A stretch of DNA of 60,210 nucleotides, the filler included, from Sphacelaria rigidula (lineage: Eukaryota), in assembly GCA_964200075.2 (NCBI GenBank). It is 7 parts of 7 records of this genome, joined end to end, with 100 filler letters (N's around TTAATTAATTAA, not from the genome) between each part and the next. Parts side by side here need not be neighbours in the genome. Positions count along the whole stretch, not along the records: positions 34,465 to 42,980 come from CAXNAA020010914.1; positions 43,081 to 51,595 come from CAXNAA020010915.1; positions 51,696 to 60,210 come from CAXNAA020010916.1; 4 more parts are not named here. One strand, 5' to 3'. The notes under the pieces were generated by a model. It made no database searches. It worked only from the letters and a program-made list of their open reading frames with translations, and had not been told where the DNA came from. This document shows positions 38,732 through 51,923 of this stretch, one piece after another. Positions within the stretch are counted from its first letter, which is position 1. The number at the start of each line of letters is the position of its first letter. The position numbers and the translations under genes are program-made.

Positions 38732-41098
38732 TGCTCTTTTTCGAGTCCATTGTATTCTCTGTATTTGAAATTCGTAGTGTTCAATGTTTCGTCCCGTTCG
38801 CTGATGAAGTCAATGACTTTGCACGTTCGATGTAGAAAAAAGTGCTGACTCACGTGTCACCCTTATTTCTCTGCCACTAATACAGCATTGCCTGTCCCTG
38901 CACTTCACTCCTGGCTGCCTTGCCTTTCCTTGCTGATTCTTTGCGCGCCACTGCCCAGGGTCGTGGATGATGAGGTCGACACGAAAGTGTTTGACCACGC
39001 GCATGAGCTGCTAGATGGGGACGCGGTGACACCCGAGTCCACTCACTTGCCGGCCCCAGTGATCGAGACGCTCTTCACGGATTCTTTCCGAGGGGAAAAC
39101 GGCACGCAGGTGTTTCTGCGTGTTCGCGTTACGCGTGTGCTTGTGCCTGCTATGCCCCCTGCATCACGCACCACATCGCGCTGCCGTCTCGACACTATCG
39201 CCAATATGGCATCTCATATACATGCGCCACGAGAGGGATGCGTTCAACCGTTCTACCCCTGCAGCGCCCTCATGTGCCTTGTGCTTGTCAACGCGACCTC
39301 GAGAACGTTTCTCCTTCGCTTGTAATCGCTACAACTTCCCACCCCTCCTCGTCTGCGTTGCATCTAAAATGCTGGCATCACGTGCTGTCTGCTCCCTGCG
39401 GCGTACACGAGGTTGCTGGAAACACGTATACTACCGCGGCAGAGCGACCGTCCGATGACGGCCTCGGTAATGTCTGGGTGGAGTTAGGCTTACGGGCGAG
39501 GGACGTCCGAGTGCGGTGCATATTCCAGTACGGACGAGATGCGAAAGACGGCGCCGCCGATGTGCAGCGGGTTTACCTGGTGCGGGAAGGGCTGGGGCGG
39601 CTTCCCCCTGAGGACGTTGTGGCGGAGGTGGGTGCATCAAGTGGAGGGATGAACGAAGATCCGCAAAAAGTATCATTGTTTACAATTATTTGGGGGCTAC
39701 TACGCTTATGTTTCTTCGATGACGTTCAGTGCGCAGCGGGGACTGCATCGCGTACTTTAAGTATAAGTAGGGCCGTCGCGTGAGCCATGCCGTGAAGTGT
39801 TGAGGGTGGTGCGCGGTCGCTCAACTTGCGTTTCGTTGTTGACATGTATACGCCTTCACTGCAAGGCTCAGCATGATAAACCGCGAACGCATTTCCTGCC
39901 CACTTCCGACGGCCTCCGCGCCCCGCGATGGTTTTCTCCTACGAGGCAGTGAATATGTTGTCTGGTGAGCGCAGGCGAATCTCGTTTCGCTGTTGTCCAC
40001 TGTAGCATGCTGTGCGCGCAGTTATGTTACATGGCGGCGACAGTAGGGCGCAGCAGTTCGTGCAGCCTGCGTGTAACGTACACTGACACGTATAATGTGT
40101 TTCGAAGTGCCCCATTGTGGTATCCCTGTCGGTCCTGTTACTCCGATTTACCGTAACGTCTATTCGTGTCACCGTCGTCCTTCAATGCTACTGTAATGCC
40201 GCAAATTCCGTGCCATCCGTGCTTTTGCGTCCCCCAAAGCATCTCCCTTCGGCCAACGCGTGTCGTCGTGCTGGCCCACAGGTGGAGCTTTACGGTGCCG
40301 CCGGGAAAGGGTTGTACGACGTGCACCCGCGGACGAGAAATCCTCTGTACTTCTCCATATACGCGCAGGGCGGATTGACCATTAGGTGTGCGCTTTCCCT
40401 CATTTTTTGTTGTATCTGTGTATTTCCGGATGTGTGGACTTGAGATGATCTCCTGATCGGGGGGGGGGCGGGGGGGCGTAATTTGTTACCCCGTTTGCGC
40501 TTTTTTTGCTTCTGATTGGGACGACATGAGAGAAACGAGACTTGTCGCGGGACTGTGACCTCCACTATCCGAAACATGGGTGGTTCCTTCCGCCAGGCAG
40601 CCAGGCCGACTCGCGCCGCAAAGTGCACACGAAGTTGAGTTGTTTTTTTCTCCGCGGGGAATGTACGTACAGAACGAAATAGGTGCATTGCAAAATATGG
40701 CATGAGATTTCGCCCACCTGACTCGAGTGTCCACACCGGGTGAGCTTGTGCGATTAGTACGCCACTTACGGTCGATGACAGGATGCAGTCCTTCTCGTAG
40801 CTTAGTCGTCCTGAGGATCTGCGCCACGCCGTCAAATCAGCCTTCCGAAAACCTACGTTTTCTTGTGTTCTTCCGTCCCTCTACGTCCACTCTTTACTAA
40901 CATGTATACTGAAGGTTTCCGCTGAAGGTGGCAGCGGGCAACGCAGGCGTTTTTTGCGTAGACTGGACGGCCAGAGATCTACGATATCAGGCGGATCGAT
41001 CGTTTGACGTATTCGATGGGTCTTGCAGTCGCCTGGAGGTCACCGAGATTGGGACGGCGGATGCGGAGATCTTCCTTCCCGAGGAGAAATTCTTGTGA
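35950..41098 (+). CDS. DUF3598-like beta-barrel protein, probably plastid-targeted; complete 8-exon model
   Basis: Exons 35950-36282 (hydrophobic N-terminus plus S/R-rich transit-like stretch), 36727-36830, 37312-37376 (DRWQ..AGDWIG), 37809-37944 (SWQEY), 38959-39109, 39412-39627 (WVELGLRARDVRVRCIFQY..RVYLVRE), 40282-40385 (GGLTIR) and 40915-41098 (FP..FCVDW..RYQADRSF..LEVTE, TGA). All phases match; the family call is by eye. Confidence 0.75.
38697..38726. repeat. (TA)n microsatellite
   Basis: Pure TA run. A similar (AT)n tract lies at ~47486-47513. Confidence 0.9.
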
Positions 41099-42822
41099 TT
41101 TGGTTTTAGTTTGATCCCGAACAAGGGTTTTGGCGGTGTGAAGGCAAGTCGAATACAGAGTGTGGGTGACGGATATCAAAAATCGCGGTTGACCCCCATC
41201 CGGGATCCATCCGATCTTGCAGAATGTTTGACCCCATCATCTACGTGCAGCACTCCCGCACAGTTCGTATCAAGGAATACTGTTACCCATTCTGTTTTGA
41301 TCCGGAGCTTTAAGCACGCGGTCTGGGATGCGGCTTGGGAGCTTCAAAGTGGAGCTGGCTTCTGCTGTTCTGTCTTGCTGTCCTGGGTATTGGTATGGGG
41401 TGTAGGGCCTGGTTCGTGGCAGCCGACAGTTTGAGGGACGTCTTGAATTATAAGTGCTACAAGTGCCATGGGTGTGCAACTGATGTGAAGTGTTCGTTAT
41501 GTCCTTCGAATTTTCCGAAGCAGTACTGTTGTCAAATCGTAGGTATCAAGTGTAACTCATGTTGAGGAAATGCGCGTAAATACAGCAGAGATGGACATTG
41601 ATGGCCGAGAAGCCCAAGCAGCTGGAAAATACATAAAGCTAGACTCATGTCATTTCGAAAACACAGCCGTGAAACATTCCAAACGAGCGTAGTTGTGTGG
41701 CGAATGCAGCGTGTGATGAATACAGAGCTTTTGACAACACCACAGATAGTACAGAGCTTGCTTAGAGTAGTAAGGGATGGGCGCTGGTGATACCCGGCGA
41801 ACATGACCCATGGTGGAGGGAGCGAAGATGCACTTTTTGTCAGTTTTTGGTACCAGGCCACCGAGTGGCAGTGTGCAAGTACACGAATATTCGGCATGTT
41901 ACTATCCAAACCAGTCTGTGGCTGAGTTGGACGGCTGTGGCTGCCACACCAAAGAGTCATACCAAGTGTATGACTGCGAATCAGGATGCCTAGAGTGAGG
42001 GAATACTCTGGCGGACACCTTCTTTCTGTTTCTCCTCCAGCACACGATTGAGTAATGTCTTCACCAGCCAGAATTCGCCTGTGAGTGAGTAGCTCAAAAC
42101 CGAGAAGTTTTCGTTTTTTCCCCCCAGGCCCAGGACGGGGGCTCCTGTGGAAACCCATCTCTTTACATGAGGCATAGAGGGGATCGTCGCACATAGCGCA
42201 CTGTTTATATCAACTGCGCCACGATAATAGTGGGACGCTTCAGTAAGTTTCACATCGGTCCAGCCAAACGCACAATGGCAAGAGCGGTCCTAGGACCGAG
42301 TAGCGGGTCCATTTTAGATAAGGTGGACTCGCCCTATATTCACATGGTGAAGGCTGTATGACGGATTCAGAGCAAACCGGCGGAAGTCCGGCAAACCTAG
42401 TTCAGCGCGGACCGGGTACTAATGGTAGCCAGTCTGTGGTACTGACTCTCAGGAAAATATTAGAATGTGACGCCCCCAGCGGGTCAGACTACTTCATCAC
42501 TTGGGTAAAAAATGCATCAAACTCTCACTAGCTAGCGATACTCGTATCAAAAGAGCGGATAAATCTGTCAACGTGACAAGTCTGCTTGCTGAGGTTATGA
42601 GCCTCCAGAGTATAAAAGCGGATCGACGCAAGCGACCGTCTGGTCGGGATCTCGTGCACAAACGCGTAAGAGCTGGGCCATCTGAAGGTTAGCGCTCGTC
42701 GGACGCCGGAGGAAAGGGACTTGATCCCTTGCTGACCGCAAACTTCATCACCCCGTCGAGTCCGACCATCACAGCCTCAGGGAAGGAATGTCAAGCCGAC
42801 CAAGCACACGTGGAGCGCTCAC

Positions 42823-42980
42823 AATCGATGTGGTTCCTACTCGCACAAGGTACGCGCAGACCTGCGGCGGCAAAGCAGAGCGCTGCGATATAGCTAACTC
42901 CCCAGACTGTAGAGGGGGTAGGGGCGGGGGGGAATCGATGTGGTTCCTACTCGCACAAGGTACGCGCAGACCTGCGGCGG
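42823..42980 (+). repeat. Exact 48-bp direct repeat (42823-42870 and 42933-42980) at contig end
   Basis: AATCGATGTGGTTCCTACTCGCACAAGGTACGCGCAGACCTGCGGCGG occurs twice with a 110-bp period. Confidence 0.9.
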
Positions 42981-44789
42981 NNNNNNNNNNNNNNNNNNNN
43001 NNNNNNNNNNNNNNNNNNNNNNNNTTAATTAATTAANNNNNNNNNNNNNNNNNNNNNNNNNNNNNNNNNNNNNNNNNNNNATGAGATAAGGGGCTCCTAA
43101 CAATTCTTACCTCAGAAAGTATTTCTGTACCCCTACCGTAGCATCACTCGTCTACGGTGTAATAAATTTACACACGCTGTTGTGTTCTCCGACGCAAATG
43201 ATGACAGGCGTGTGCTTCTCGTATCCGTCTTCTACTCTTTCAAAACGTTTGACTGCCCACATTTTGTGTTCGTAATCTGTTGAACCCGCACCATGACCGC
43301 TTGGAAAATGATTACAGAACGAGGCTCCGGTGTCCATCTGAGGCCGCTCCGAGGGTCAAAAACGCGCCCTCTGTCGTCCACCTTGGACGCGTGAATGCGT
43401 GTGTGTGTGACACAAAACACGAACATGAACACCGGTTCACTATTGAAAGCACAAGCCGCACATGGTGATGGGGTGTGGAGGGTAAGCTGGCCATACTCAC
43501 ACACGAACGGCGAATAATGTATCTGTCGGAGGGAAACGAGATAGGGCACACAGAGCGCCCTTTCGGCACTACGGTTTTCTGTTTATGCTGCGCTGCTGAA
43601 GCAGCTTCTCTGCGGGAACTAGAGGGCCACAACACTGCAGACACACGGACGTGCAACCACACCGCACCAACGGCACACGCATTTTTGATATTTAATCTAC
43701 ATATCTCTTGGAAACCCACGAAATAAAAACGGTAATTTCTCGACCAGTTCGACGCCCTCAACCTTCACGAAAATTGAACGATCAACACGAACCTTTCCTC
43801 ACCCCCATACACAGCGATGATCACACCTAGATTTTCTTGACATACAAGTATCACCCTGAAAAAAAAAAGAGAAGATGAGTGAAAAAAAAACCATACAAGC
43901 GAAGGTGATGTCGACACCAACGCCTCGATTTTTGTTGCAGTACCATTAACATATCGAAGATCCTAAATGCAAAGTACCGCGGGTATTTGCCCTCAATATC
44001 ACCCGACGTTGTGTCACCACACAGAGGGGGCAGCAACGAGCACTACCCATCGAGGCTTAGAATACAGTACAGCACAGTACAACGGGGATATTGCCGTTCT
44101 CCTGTCCGGCCGGAAAGATCACACAAACGCTACAAGAGCAGCAAACGAGAAACACTTTCGGGCCGAACGAGCGCTCGTCTGTCAAGTACAACACCAATTC
44201 TGCTGAAACAGACCTCGTGCTGGGCTACACCATACGTATCTTACTGCAAGCAAGGACATCTTCGGGGTTTCCCGCACCAAACGTACCATGCCCTAATCCC
44301 CCATAACGATGTGATGTTTTTGAGCCATACCGAGCGTATCATACCGCTAGCAACGATTCGTGTGGACGATACTTCACACACAGTTGCCGCAAAACATTAT
44401 GTAGGGCTACTTCGCGCACACTCACCCCTAAAACCACCCGAAAATCTCCATGAACCATGCATCTCATACAACTACGATATGCTTCGGCTGTGCTGCACTC
44501 ATTGACATTTGCACCGCTAGCGACATGTGTCTATATTAATGTATACATAAATATATCGTATCATACCTGGGGCTATTCTCCGCATATTTTTCCCGCAAAC
44601 CCACATGAAGAGCTATACATGCCGTACACATCGAATCATATCTGTGCACCGTCTGCGTCCTACTTTACCGCCCACGGGATGAAGAAAAACACTAACTCAC
44701 TACCGTAGAAGAAATGTGTATATAAGACCCCTGTGTGATCAGTCTCAAGAGTTTCGAAAAGTCATCCTCCGGGGGTCATACTCCCGATG

Positions 44790-45125
44790 TGTAGATTGTT
44801 CGGCCCGAAGCGTATTACTTATCTTGCATACGGACTACAGCCTCGAATGAGTTGCTTCATTTTTTGGTAATGCCGCTTCCATAGACGGCCACGGCTTACA
44901 CACTGCTTCATGGGTGTCTCACCATGCAAACACTGTATAGTAAGATCATCTCCTGTGCGCGGACTTCAGTTTCTCTCATCCCGGATAAATATGATCTAGC
45001 TCGACCACCACCACGATTACCACGAGAAAAACATAAGCGGGAAAAAAATAGTAACCTGGTTGCCTGGCTTACGCAGTGAGTGGCGTCTTTTACGACGTCG
45101 TTGCCAACCAACGTCAACCCTCAAA
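44790..45125 (-). mobile_element. Repeat family B copy (5' half)
   Basis: Reverse complement of 35365-35700 (GTAACCTGGTTGCC..GCTTACGCAGTGA; TTCGGCCCGAAGCGTA). Confidence 0.8.
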
Positions 45126-45455
45126 GCTATTCAGATGATACATAGCAAATGCTAGCAGCAACCCTTGAAATTGTTCAGATGTCACATACTAGTGAATTAA
45201 GTAGTAGGGGGGATGGCTATGGGGGCGGGGGGGTGGTGATACGTTACGGAGAAGGGAGGTTCATACGCTACGCATTCCGGTACCATGCTGTAGGCACTGG
45301 TCTTGTACCAAAAATAACCTGAGCCTATAGCACTGGGGTCCTATTTAAGGAACCGGTAAGTATACTATCTACGGATGGAGTTTGACCGTCTCCGTCGACA
45401 CAACGTGGGGTACTCGTGATGAACCATAAACAAGTGCCTCTTGCTCCGCATACTT

Positions 45456-48400
45456 TCAACGACGGCGATCAGCATGTGTCATTGGGAGCCCAATTTCGGA
45501 GTACCACCGCGGCGCCTTCTCGAAACCGTTCGATCCGCTCTGGTAGTCCAGCATAGCCTTTTGGATTTCCTGTTTTTCTCATCCGGCCGTGATAATTGGT
45601 TGTCAAACCGAAGGAGTGGACAAGAGGACCAGGGCACACGAGCATGGGAGGGGAGGGAGGACGGGGGGGACGGGCGGGCAGCGTGACGTGAGTGGGGATG
45701 TGTGACGATACAGTCACATGCACGCCAAGTCGCGTATATGAGGCTCTGGCGCGTGTAACGATATTTTTCGTAGCGAAACATTGTTCAGATGACACATACT
45801 TCGAAGTAGTATAAAAAAATAGGTTAGATTGAGGAATGATCGTGGTGAAAGTGACGGGACTTGAGAATAGGTGACAATAGCACGTCGGCGAGATGGCTGC
45901 TTGAGGCCCGGTGCCGCAGGGAACGCTCATTCTTCATTTTCAATAGTGCTTGAGAAATCGTGTTGAGGTGGTCGCAGAGACAGGATAAGTAAATCGACTT
46001 CGAGGAATACTAGTACAAGCCTGCATTGATGCACTGTGCATGGGTGACGACGTTCGTGGCAAATGGTCCATATCGCCGGTACGACGTATGTGAAAAAAAA
46101 AACACACACACACACACAAACGCATCTTTATATATCATACGTGCTCCGACTCTCGGCTCGGCAAATACTTCTCAACCCTCTTGGAACTCGCGGAAAACAG
46201 TACAAACTCCCATATGCGAACTTTCGTCACCGGGGGAAAGTTACTCCGGAATTCGGAGCTCGAATCTGTCACATCAGTATAGTTGAACTTAGAGTGGTGC
46301 GCCGTTTTGGTGCGCTGCATCATCAACACTTGTTGGAGATCAACCATATCTTGCGCAAGAAAACGTCAATTGTAAATCGTCACTTTTCCACCAACGGTTC
46401 CAAATGGGTTAAGGTTGGGACGAATCATCGATGGTTCAGATCACGAAATCTAAGGTTTCTGGGGCCTGATTACTCGAAAGAGACAGCGCTATATCAGAAC
46501 CAACGGTGCCGAAGATCCAGTTAAACCACTACAAGAAATGATGGAAGTACCACTGGAACACCATGACCCGCCAGAACCAATTGTACCACTAGAATCAAAA
46601 GTACTACTAGAAATAGCTCACCACTAGGGCTACTAGGATCAATATCACCACTAGAACCGTTTTTACCATTAGATTCAATTGCACCATCAGGAATCAACAG
46701 TGCTACTAGAAATAGCTCATCACTGGAACCACTAGAACCAATATCACCACTAGAACCTGATGTACAACTAGAATCAGCAATACTACTAGAAATAGCTCAC
46801 CACGAAAACCACCAGAATCATGATCACCACTAGAACCGTTTGTACTACTAGAACCAATTGCACCATCAGGAATCAACAGTACTACTAGAAATAGCTCACG
46901 ACTAGAACCGATTGTACCACTATGGCGAATAGTATCACTAGAACCACTATAGAACCAGTGGCATCACTAGAAGGAGACCGTAAGAGCCAATGGGCCCCGT
47001 AGGATCAATGAGGCCGCTAGAACCAACACTACACGATCAATTCAAAAGACGCACAAATGCAGACAACCCACCCCCTCCCCCTTCCCGAAAAAACGCCCGA
47101 AAAACGCGAATGCAGTACTCGTACCTGTCGTGTGTTCATGACGAAAGGGCCGTGTTGCACGACGGGCTCGTTGGTGGGCTCGCCACAGACAAGCACGAAG
47201 TCAGCGGCAGCGTCGAACGTCTTGACCATCACTCCGGAGCCCGCCTGTTTTCATCCATCATAAGTCACAACACGATCAAAAACGCAGCACCGCCTGCATT
47301 GTACAAGTGTGTTCCTGCCACCGGGTATGCGACAGGCCCCAAGGCCAGGTAGGCATCACACACTGCGGTCCCAAAATCCTTACTTCGGCTGTTGAATGCG
47401 ATGCAGAAGCTATAGGAGTGGCAAATTTTACCCGACCATGTGTAAAATAAAATCAAGTCACATCAAACGCTATTATAGTGGCATCATATATATATATATA
47501 TTATATATATATATCAGACACATGAAGAGTAAACCTCAGAATTCTGGGTGCTAGATGCCTTTTCGGAACAGTACGTATCACCGGGCCAATCTTCAGCACT
47601 GGTGAAATCCTCCGACGGGTTACAGCTACATCACCACCGGGTTTGTTTCCTTTCCCGGAAACTTCGAACTGTTTCGAACAAAAATCCAAAAATGTGGGAG
47701 TAGATGGCTCAACCAGGTTAGGTAATAAACCAAGTCAAGAACGACTACGTGTTTCTCGGAAAATCTAGCGTCGGCTCGTTTCTTCAACACATGTTTTTTC
47801 GGAGAAGTCAGGGAAGCATGTCAATTTCTTGGGAAAGAGTAAAAAAAACTGACGGAAAAAAGAATGCCCCGTTAAAAATACCCCAATTAATAAGGAGCAC
47901 CTCTGTTCGCGACTACCTCTCCTCATAGCGGCATATACCCCATGTGGCGCGGATTCCACCCCTGAGTATCGTAGCACCGGATAATTTAAGCCCCTGTTGT
48001 TCTTGCGCAGGTTTTCAGTTAATCGAACACCGCGGATCCACCCGAGGGGGTTTGGAATATGACTTTGATAGTAGGATAATAGTGCAGCATGGCCACAAAG
48101 GTTATGATGATAGACCCTTGCTTACCCTGGTGAGTGTTACAGTGTTGTGAGCCCCGACCTGGTCCCCCGCTCCAGATCCCTCACCAACAGCCACTTTCCC
48201 CTCAAGGATATAGAGGAACCCGTTCATCGCCTTTTGTTGAGCGCGCAAACGACAAGGGGGATCCGACGCATTGGTTGTGCGAACGCGAGGCGTCAAGGGT
48301 CTTTATCTACCGCGAGGATGGATTGTGTGACCAGAAACAAACGGATTCGGTTGCGATATCCTCTGCAGACAACTTACTTCACTTTTGTGTGTCATCACTT

Positions 48401-50818
48401 ACAGTGCCCTGCTGGTAGGATCACAGAGGATGTGGATTTTTTTACATGTAACCATTGATGAAATATACAAATCTAGAATAAAAGCAGAAACCCCTCCTTT
48501 GTTCGTGCCCGGAGGACTGCACCCTTTCCATCAACCACCATTCCAATAGTGGTGCCCGGAGGAACTGCACCCACCGCTACCATCATTTCCAACAGTTCAA
48601 CCCTCTTCAGGCGCAGACGCATCGAATAGCTGCGAACATTCGTCGAGCACGGTCCTGCTCTTGCTTTCAAGCTTTTTCTGACATGGAGCCTCGACTCTGA
48701 AACAGTGAATTTAATTCACTGATTGCGAAGTGATTAGGGGTCATACTCCAGTGGATCTCTGGAGGCCGATGCAGACGTAACACTACTTGTGCGTGTAGAT
48801 ATGCTTAGAGGGTAAAGCTTGCGGGACCTTTACCGTCACTGCAGGAACATCCGGCACACCGATGTAGAAAAGACACGCGCACACACGGATATAACATATT
48901 GATGAGTACCCGCACGCACGGACATCACATACCTCCGGGATGGGTTGTTTGAGCTCGCTACCCGGTTCCATCTTGAAGTGTCTGTCGGGATAATGAGGTA
49001 CAGCATACGAAACCGCGGGTACACACAAACGCCCAGCAGCAAAAGAGAAAAAGAAGGCATACTCGGTGAGAAGGTGTTTTACGAAGTAGATGGGAAATCA
49101 GCGACATTCGTACAGCAACGAGGCACGACAATGCAGCTGGCCACAACAATCTTGAAGATAGTAAAAAAAACGGTACTCAAGATCATCGCCTGCATTTTGC
49201 ACCAACCGGGGGCGAACATTCCACGGTTCGGAATAATCATCGCTGGTTCGAATCACCAAATCCACGATATTCTAGGCCTGATTGCTCGAAAAAGATAAAA
49301 AACAGTCGACCGCCGGTCAAGCAGGTCTCCACGCAATTTTCGCGCCATTCCACGTGCCTAGGCTGCGCGTACGTGGGTTGCAACGCTGAAAACAAAGCCG
49401 AAGGATTGATTTGTACGGTACGAATCAACTACACTAAAATCACGCAATTTCCGGACGAATCATTAATTCGTCCGACCCTTGGAACATTCCTAGACCTATT
49501 TTTCGAAACCTATTCGATAAAGAAGGGCGTTTAAAGAAAACAGAGAACATCGCTGTGCTACGGGAGTGCTAACAAGGAATGATCCACCGCTTTCAACAGA
49601 GTGCAAGGCAAGTACTGGGGCAGGTGTGGCTTGATTCATCTCGTAGGACTTCAGATTCTCTGCGAGGAAGGAACTAGTAGGTGAGGAGGAAGAGCTTGGT
49701 TTCAGAGAACCGACCCAGATTACTTGAATTTAGTATGGTGATTCAATTAACTTGGATTCAGTATGGCTGGTCCTACTCACTTGCCCACCTTGTGGTGAGT
49801 CTAAGTGCTACATAGTAGCCGAAATCACCTGACTTCGAATTACAACACCTTAATTACTTGGTTCTAGAATACCCCGACTCAATTGACTTGAAGGTGTATA
49901 GTCTAGACAAACACCTGGGTTCGACGTAGCCGATCATAGTCACTTGGCGACAGTGTGAAAAACGCATATGCTCGGTCGATAAAAGCAGCACCGACACCAC
50001 GGTACGGTGCAGCACAGCACAGTACAGGACAGTACAGTGCAGCGCAGCACAAAACAAGTAGTGTATAACCCATTGCATTTTGTCGCGGAGAACCTTGTGC
50101 ACTGAGGCATATATCTCATGAGCAGTGATTCTGTATCTCTCACGGACACGAGGTATCTGGCTATAACTGGTACCTTCGTTTGCAGTGCGGTTCAGTGCAG
50201 TATCTGGCCTGGAGCACAATGGGGGGAGGGTTTCGTGAAAAAAAAAAGGGGACGCATTGAAATACGACGATATGTATGGGTTGACAGATCACGATACCAT
50301 ACGAGCTCGAGAGCTCCGGTATTCCTCAAAAAACGAGTTCCTCACATAAATGTAGTAGTGGGGGGTTGAGTTTCGAAATGTACTTGCAATATGACAATAC
50401 AGTAGGCCGGCAACATTGTCGCATGACATGGATGGTGTCTCACATGTGGCAGCGGTTGGGACCTAAAACCTATCCGTGTACAAGTATGCTACACCGGGTA
50501 TCTGATACGCTCATGCAAGTAGCGAGATGCTTTTCGCTGCGGGATTCCGGGGGGATGAGGGGGGTGGGGTGATGTTGGTGTATCTCACATGTAGTGGGTT
50601 GGTGTGCGGGTCTGCACAGGAGAAGATACGCCCAGAGCTTCGCCAGCAATGACAATCGCCGTTACGCCGTCCTTGGTCACGTGTGGGATATCTTCGCTCT
50701 CGAGTTCTTGATACGCTGGCGAAATCATCTTGTCCTTGGCCTTGAGGTTGACCCACAGTTGCAACCCATGGGCGCGCTCCGCGCTTGCGGGCATCTCGGC
50801 GTGGACGATACCCTTGCC
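45456..50818 (-). CDS. PIR: Pirin (bicupin); 5' partial
   Basis: Exons 50818-50589 (GKGIVHAEMP..HGLQLWVNLKAKDKM), 48981-48933, 48230-48126 (NGFLYILEG), 47244-47125 (GEPTNEPVVQHGPFVMNT) and 45569-45456 (EIQKAMLDYQSGSNGFEKAPRWYSEIG..*). Confidence 0.95.
46522..47030. repeat. Degenerate minisatellite built on ACCACTAGAA(C/T)C with a higher-order TACTACTAGAAATAGCTCA unit, in the last pirin intron
   Basis: The core recurs many times. The higher-order motif appears near 46602, 46705, 46781 and 46880. Confidence 0.85.
49205..49495 (+). mobile_element. Dispersed repeat family E (~290 bp, pirin intron)
   Basis: Collinear with 57903-58185 (AATCATCGC.GGTTCGAATCACC..TGGGTTGCAACGC.GAAAACAAAGC..GTCCGACCC). 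Confidence 0.8.
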
Positions 50819-51923
50819 CTGTTTAAGGCCGTTCCGAATTATTTCACGGTGAAGTGGTTGTTTCACAGTTCGAGATTCGCGCGAGGGGTCATTATCCAAC
50901 ATGTGGTAGGTGTATATGTTGGGGAAGGAGGGGTACGGCTGTCTGTCACATGACTCATTATAAAGCATTGGTTGCCGATCTCAGCATAGAAACTGCCACC
51001 CATGCTTATTATTACACGAAAGTACGAATAAAAGAGATAGTTCGCTACTTCAGTGCACCAGCGTATTGGCATTTCTACACACATGCGTCATTTCCTCGCA
51101 CAATAAACTCGTGGGAGGCGATTGGATACTCGCACGAGTTGTTGTGAAACAGCACCGCGATGAATGAACGGAAAATGGGCTATCGCTGCATACACGACGC
51201 ACCCACGCCTTTTTTTTGGGGGGGGGGGGGTGTCTTCAACATTCAAGATACCTGGATCATGACCGTAGGTCTCGGGGTTTTGGCGGTGAACACACATCTG
51301 TGATCTGCGGCTGGAACGACAGAGTATCGAACGTTCTACAGTAGGCTACATCTCATAAGATCCGATAGCAACTGTCGGCTTGTAAGTGTCTTACTTTTTG
51401 GTGCTTTTTGTTTTCCCCTAGCCCCAAGGGTTGATCGCCGGACACGGGCTGGTTGGAGGTTTGCGTGGTTGGTTCTAGCAGGTAACTGCGGTATCGTGGT
51501 AAGTCGTGAGATATGACACACGAGTATCACCCACGGGGGGGGGGGGCGGGGCCGATGGCGGCGGGGAGGGGCGGGTAGACACACAAGGTAGAAACNNNNN
51601 NNNNNNNNNNNNNNNNNNNNNNNNNNNNNNNNNNNNNNNTTAATTAATTAANNNNNNNNNNNNNNNNNNNNNNNNNNNNNNNNNNNNNNNNNNNNTGCCA
51701 GACTGTCAGGATCTTGTATCCACTAGCATTGCTACTGTCTGTACGGGGATGTTGCCCACTTGTCGGGTACGTGGGGGAGGGTCCATGGCAGAACGCAGCG
51801 GTCGCGTGAGATAGGCTTGACCTTGTCGAGCTTTTCGGACCGGCAAACGTTCAGCCTAGACCCTCACATATATGGTGGGGCCTAGATGTTGTTTACTTTC
51901 TGGTTTTCTGCGAATGTTCATCC

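Larger units (their letters stand above)
8517..51695. other. Six artificial 100-bp contig spacers (N44-TTAATTAATTAA-N44) at 8517-8616, 17133-17232, 25749-25848, 34365-34464, 42981-43080, 51596-51695
   Basis: Identical spacers with a six-frame stop linker. Intervening contigs are 8516 bp (x5) then 8515 bp (x2), consistent with length-sorted concatenation of unplaced contigs. Confidence 0.97.

Noticed and set aside
41335-41565. Cys-rich secreted peptide or zinc finger
   Set aside because: Non-ATG start, located in the probable 3' UTR region, and the Cys spacing matches no family I recognise.
43152-43400. Minus-strand exon of another gene at the start of contig 6
   Set aside because: No recognisable motif and no convincing splice pair.
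46522-47030. CRISPR array or repeat-protein exon
   Set aside because: Irregular minisatellite with frequent TAG stops, lying inside a pirin intron whose flanking exons join in phase.
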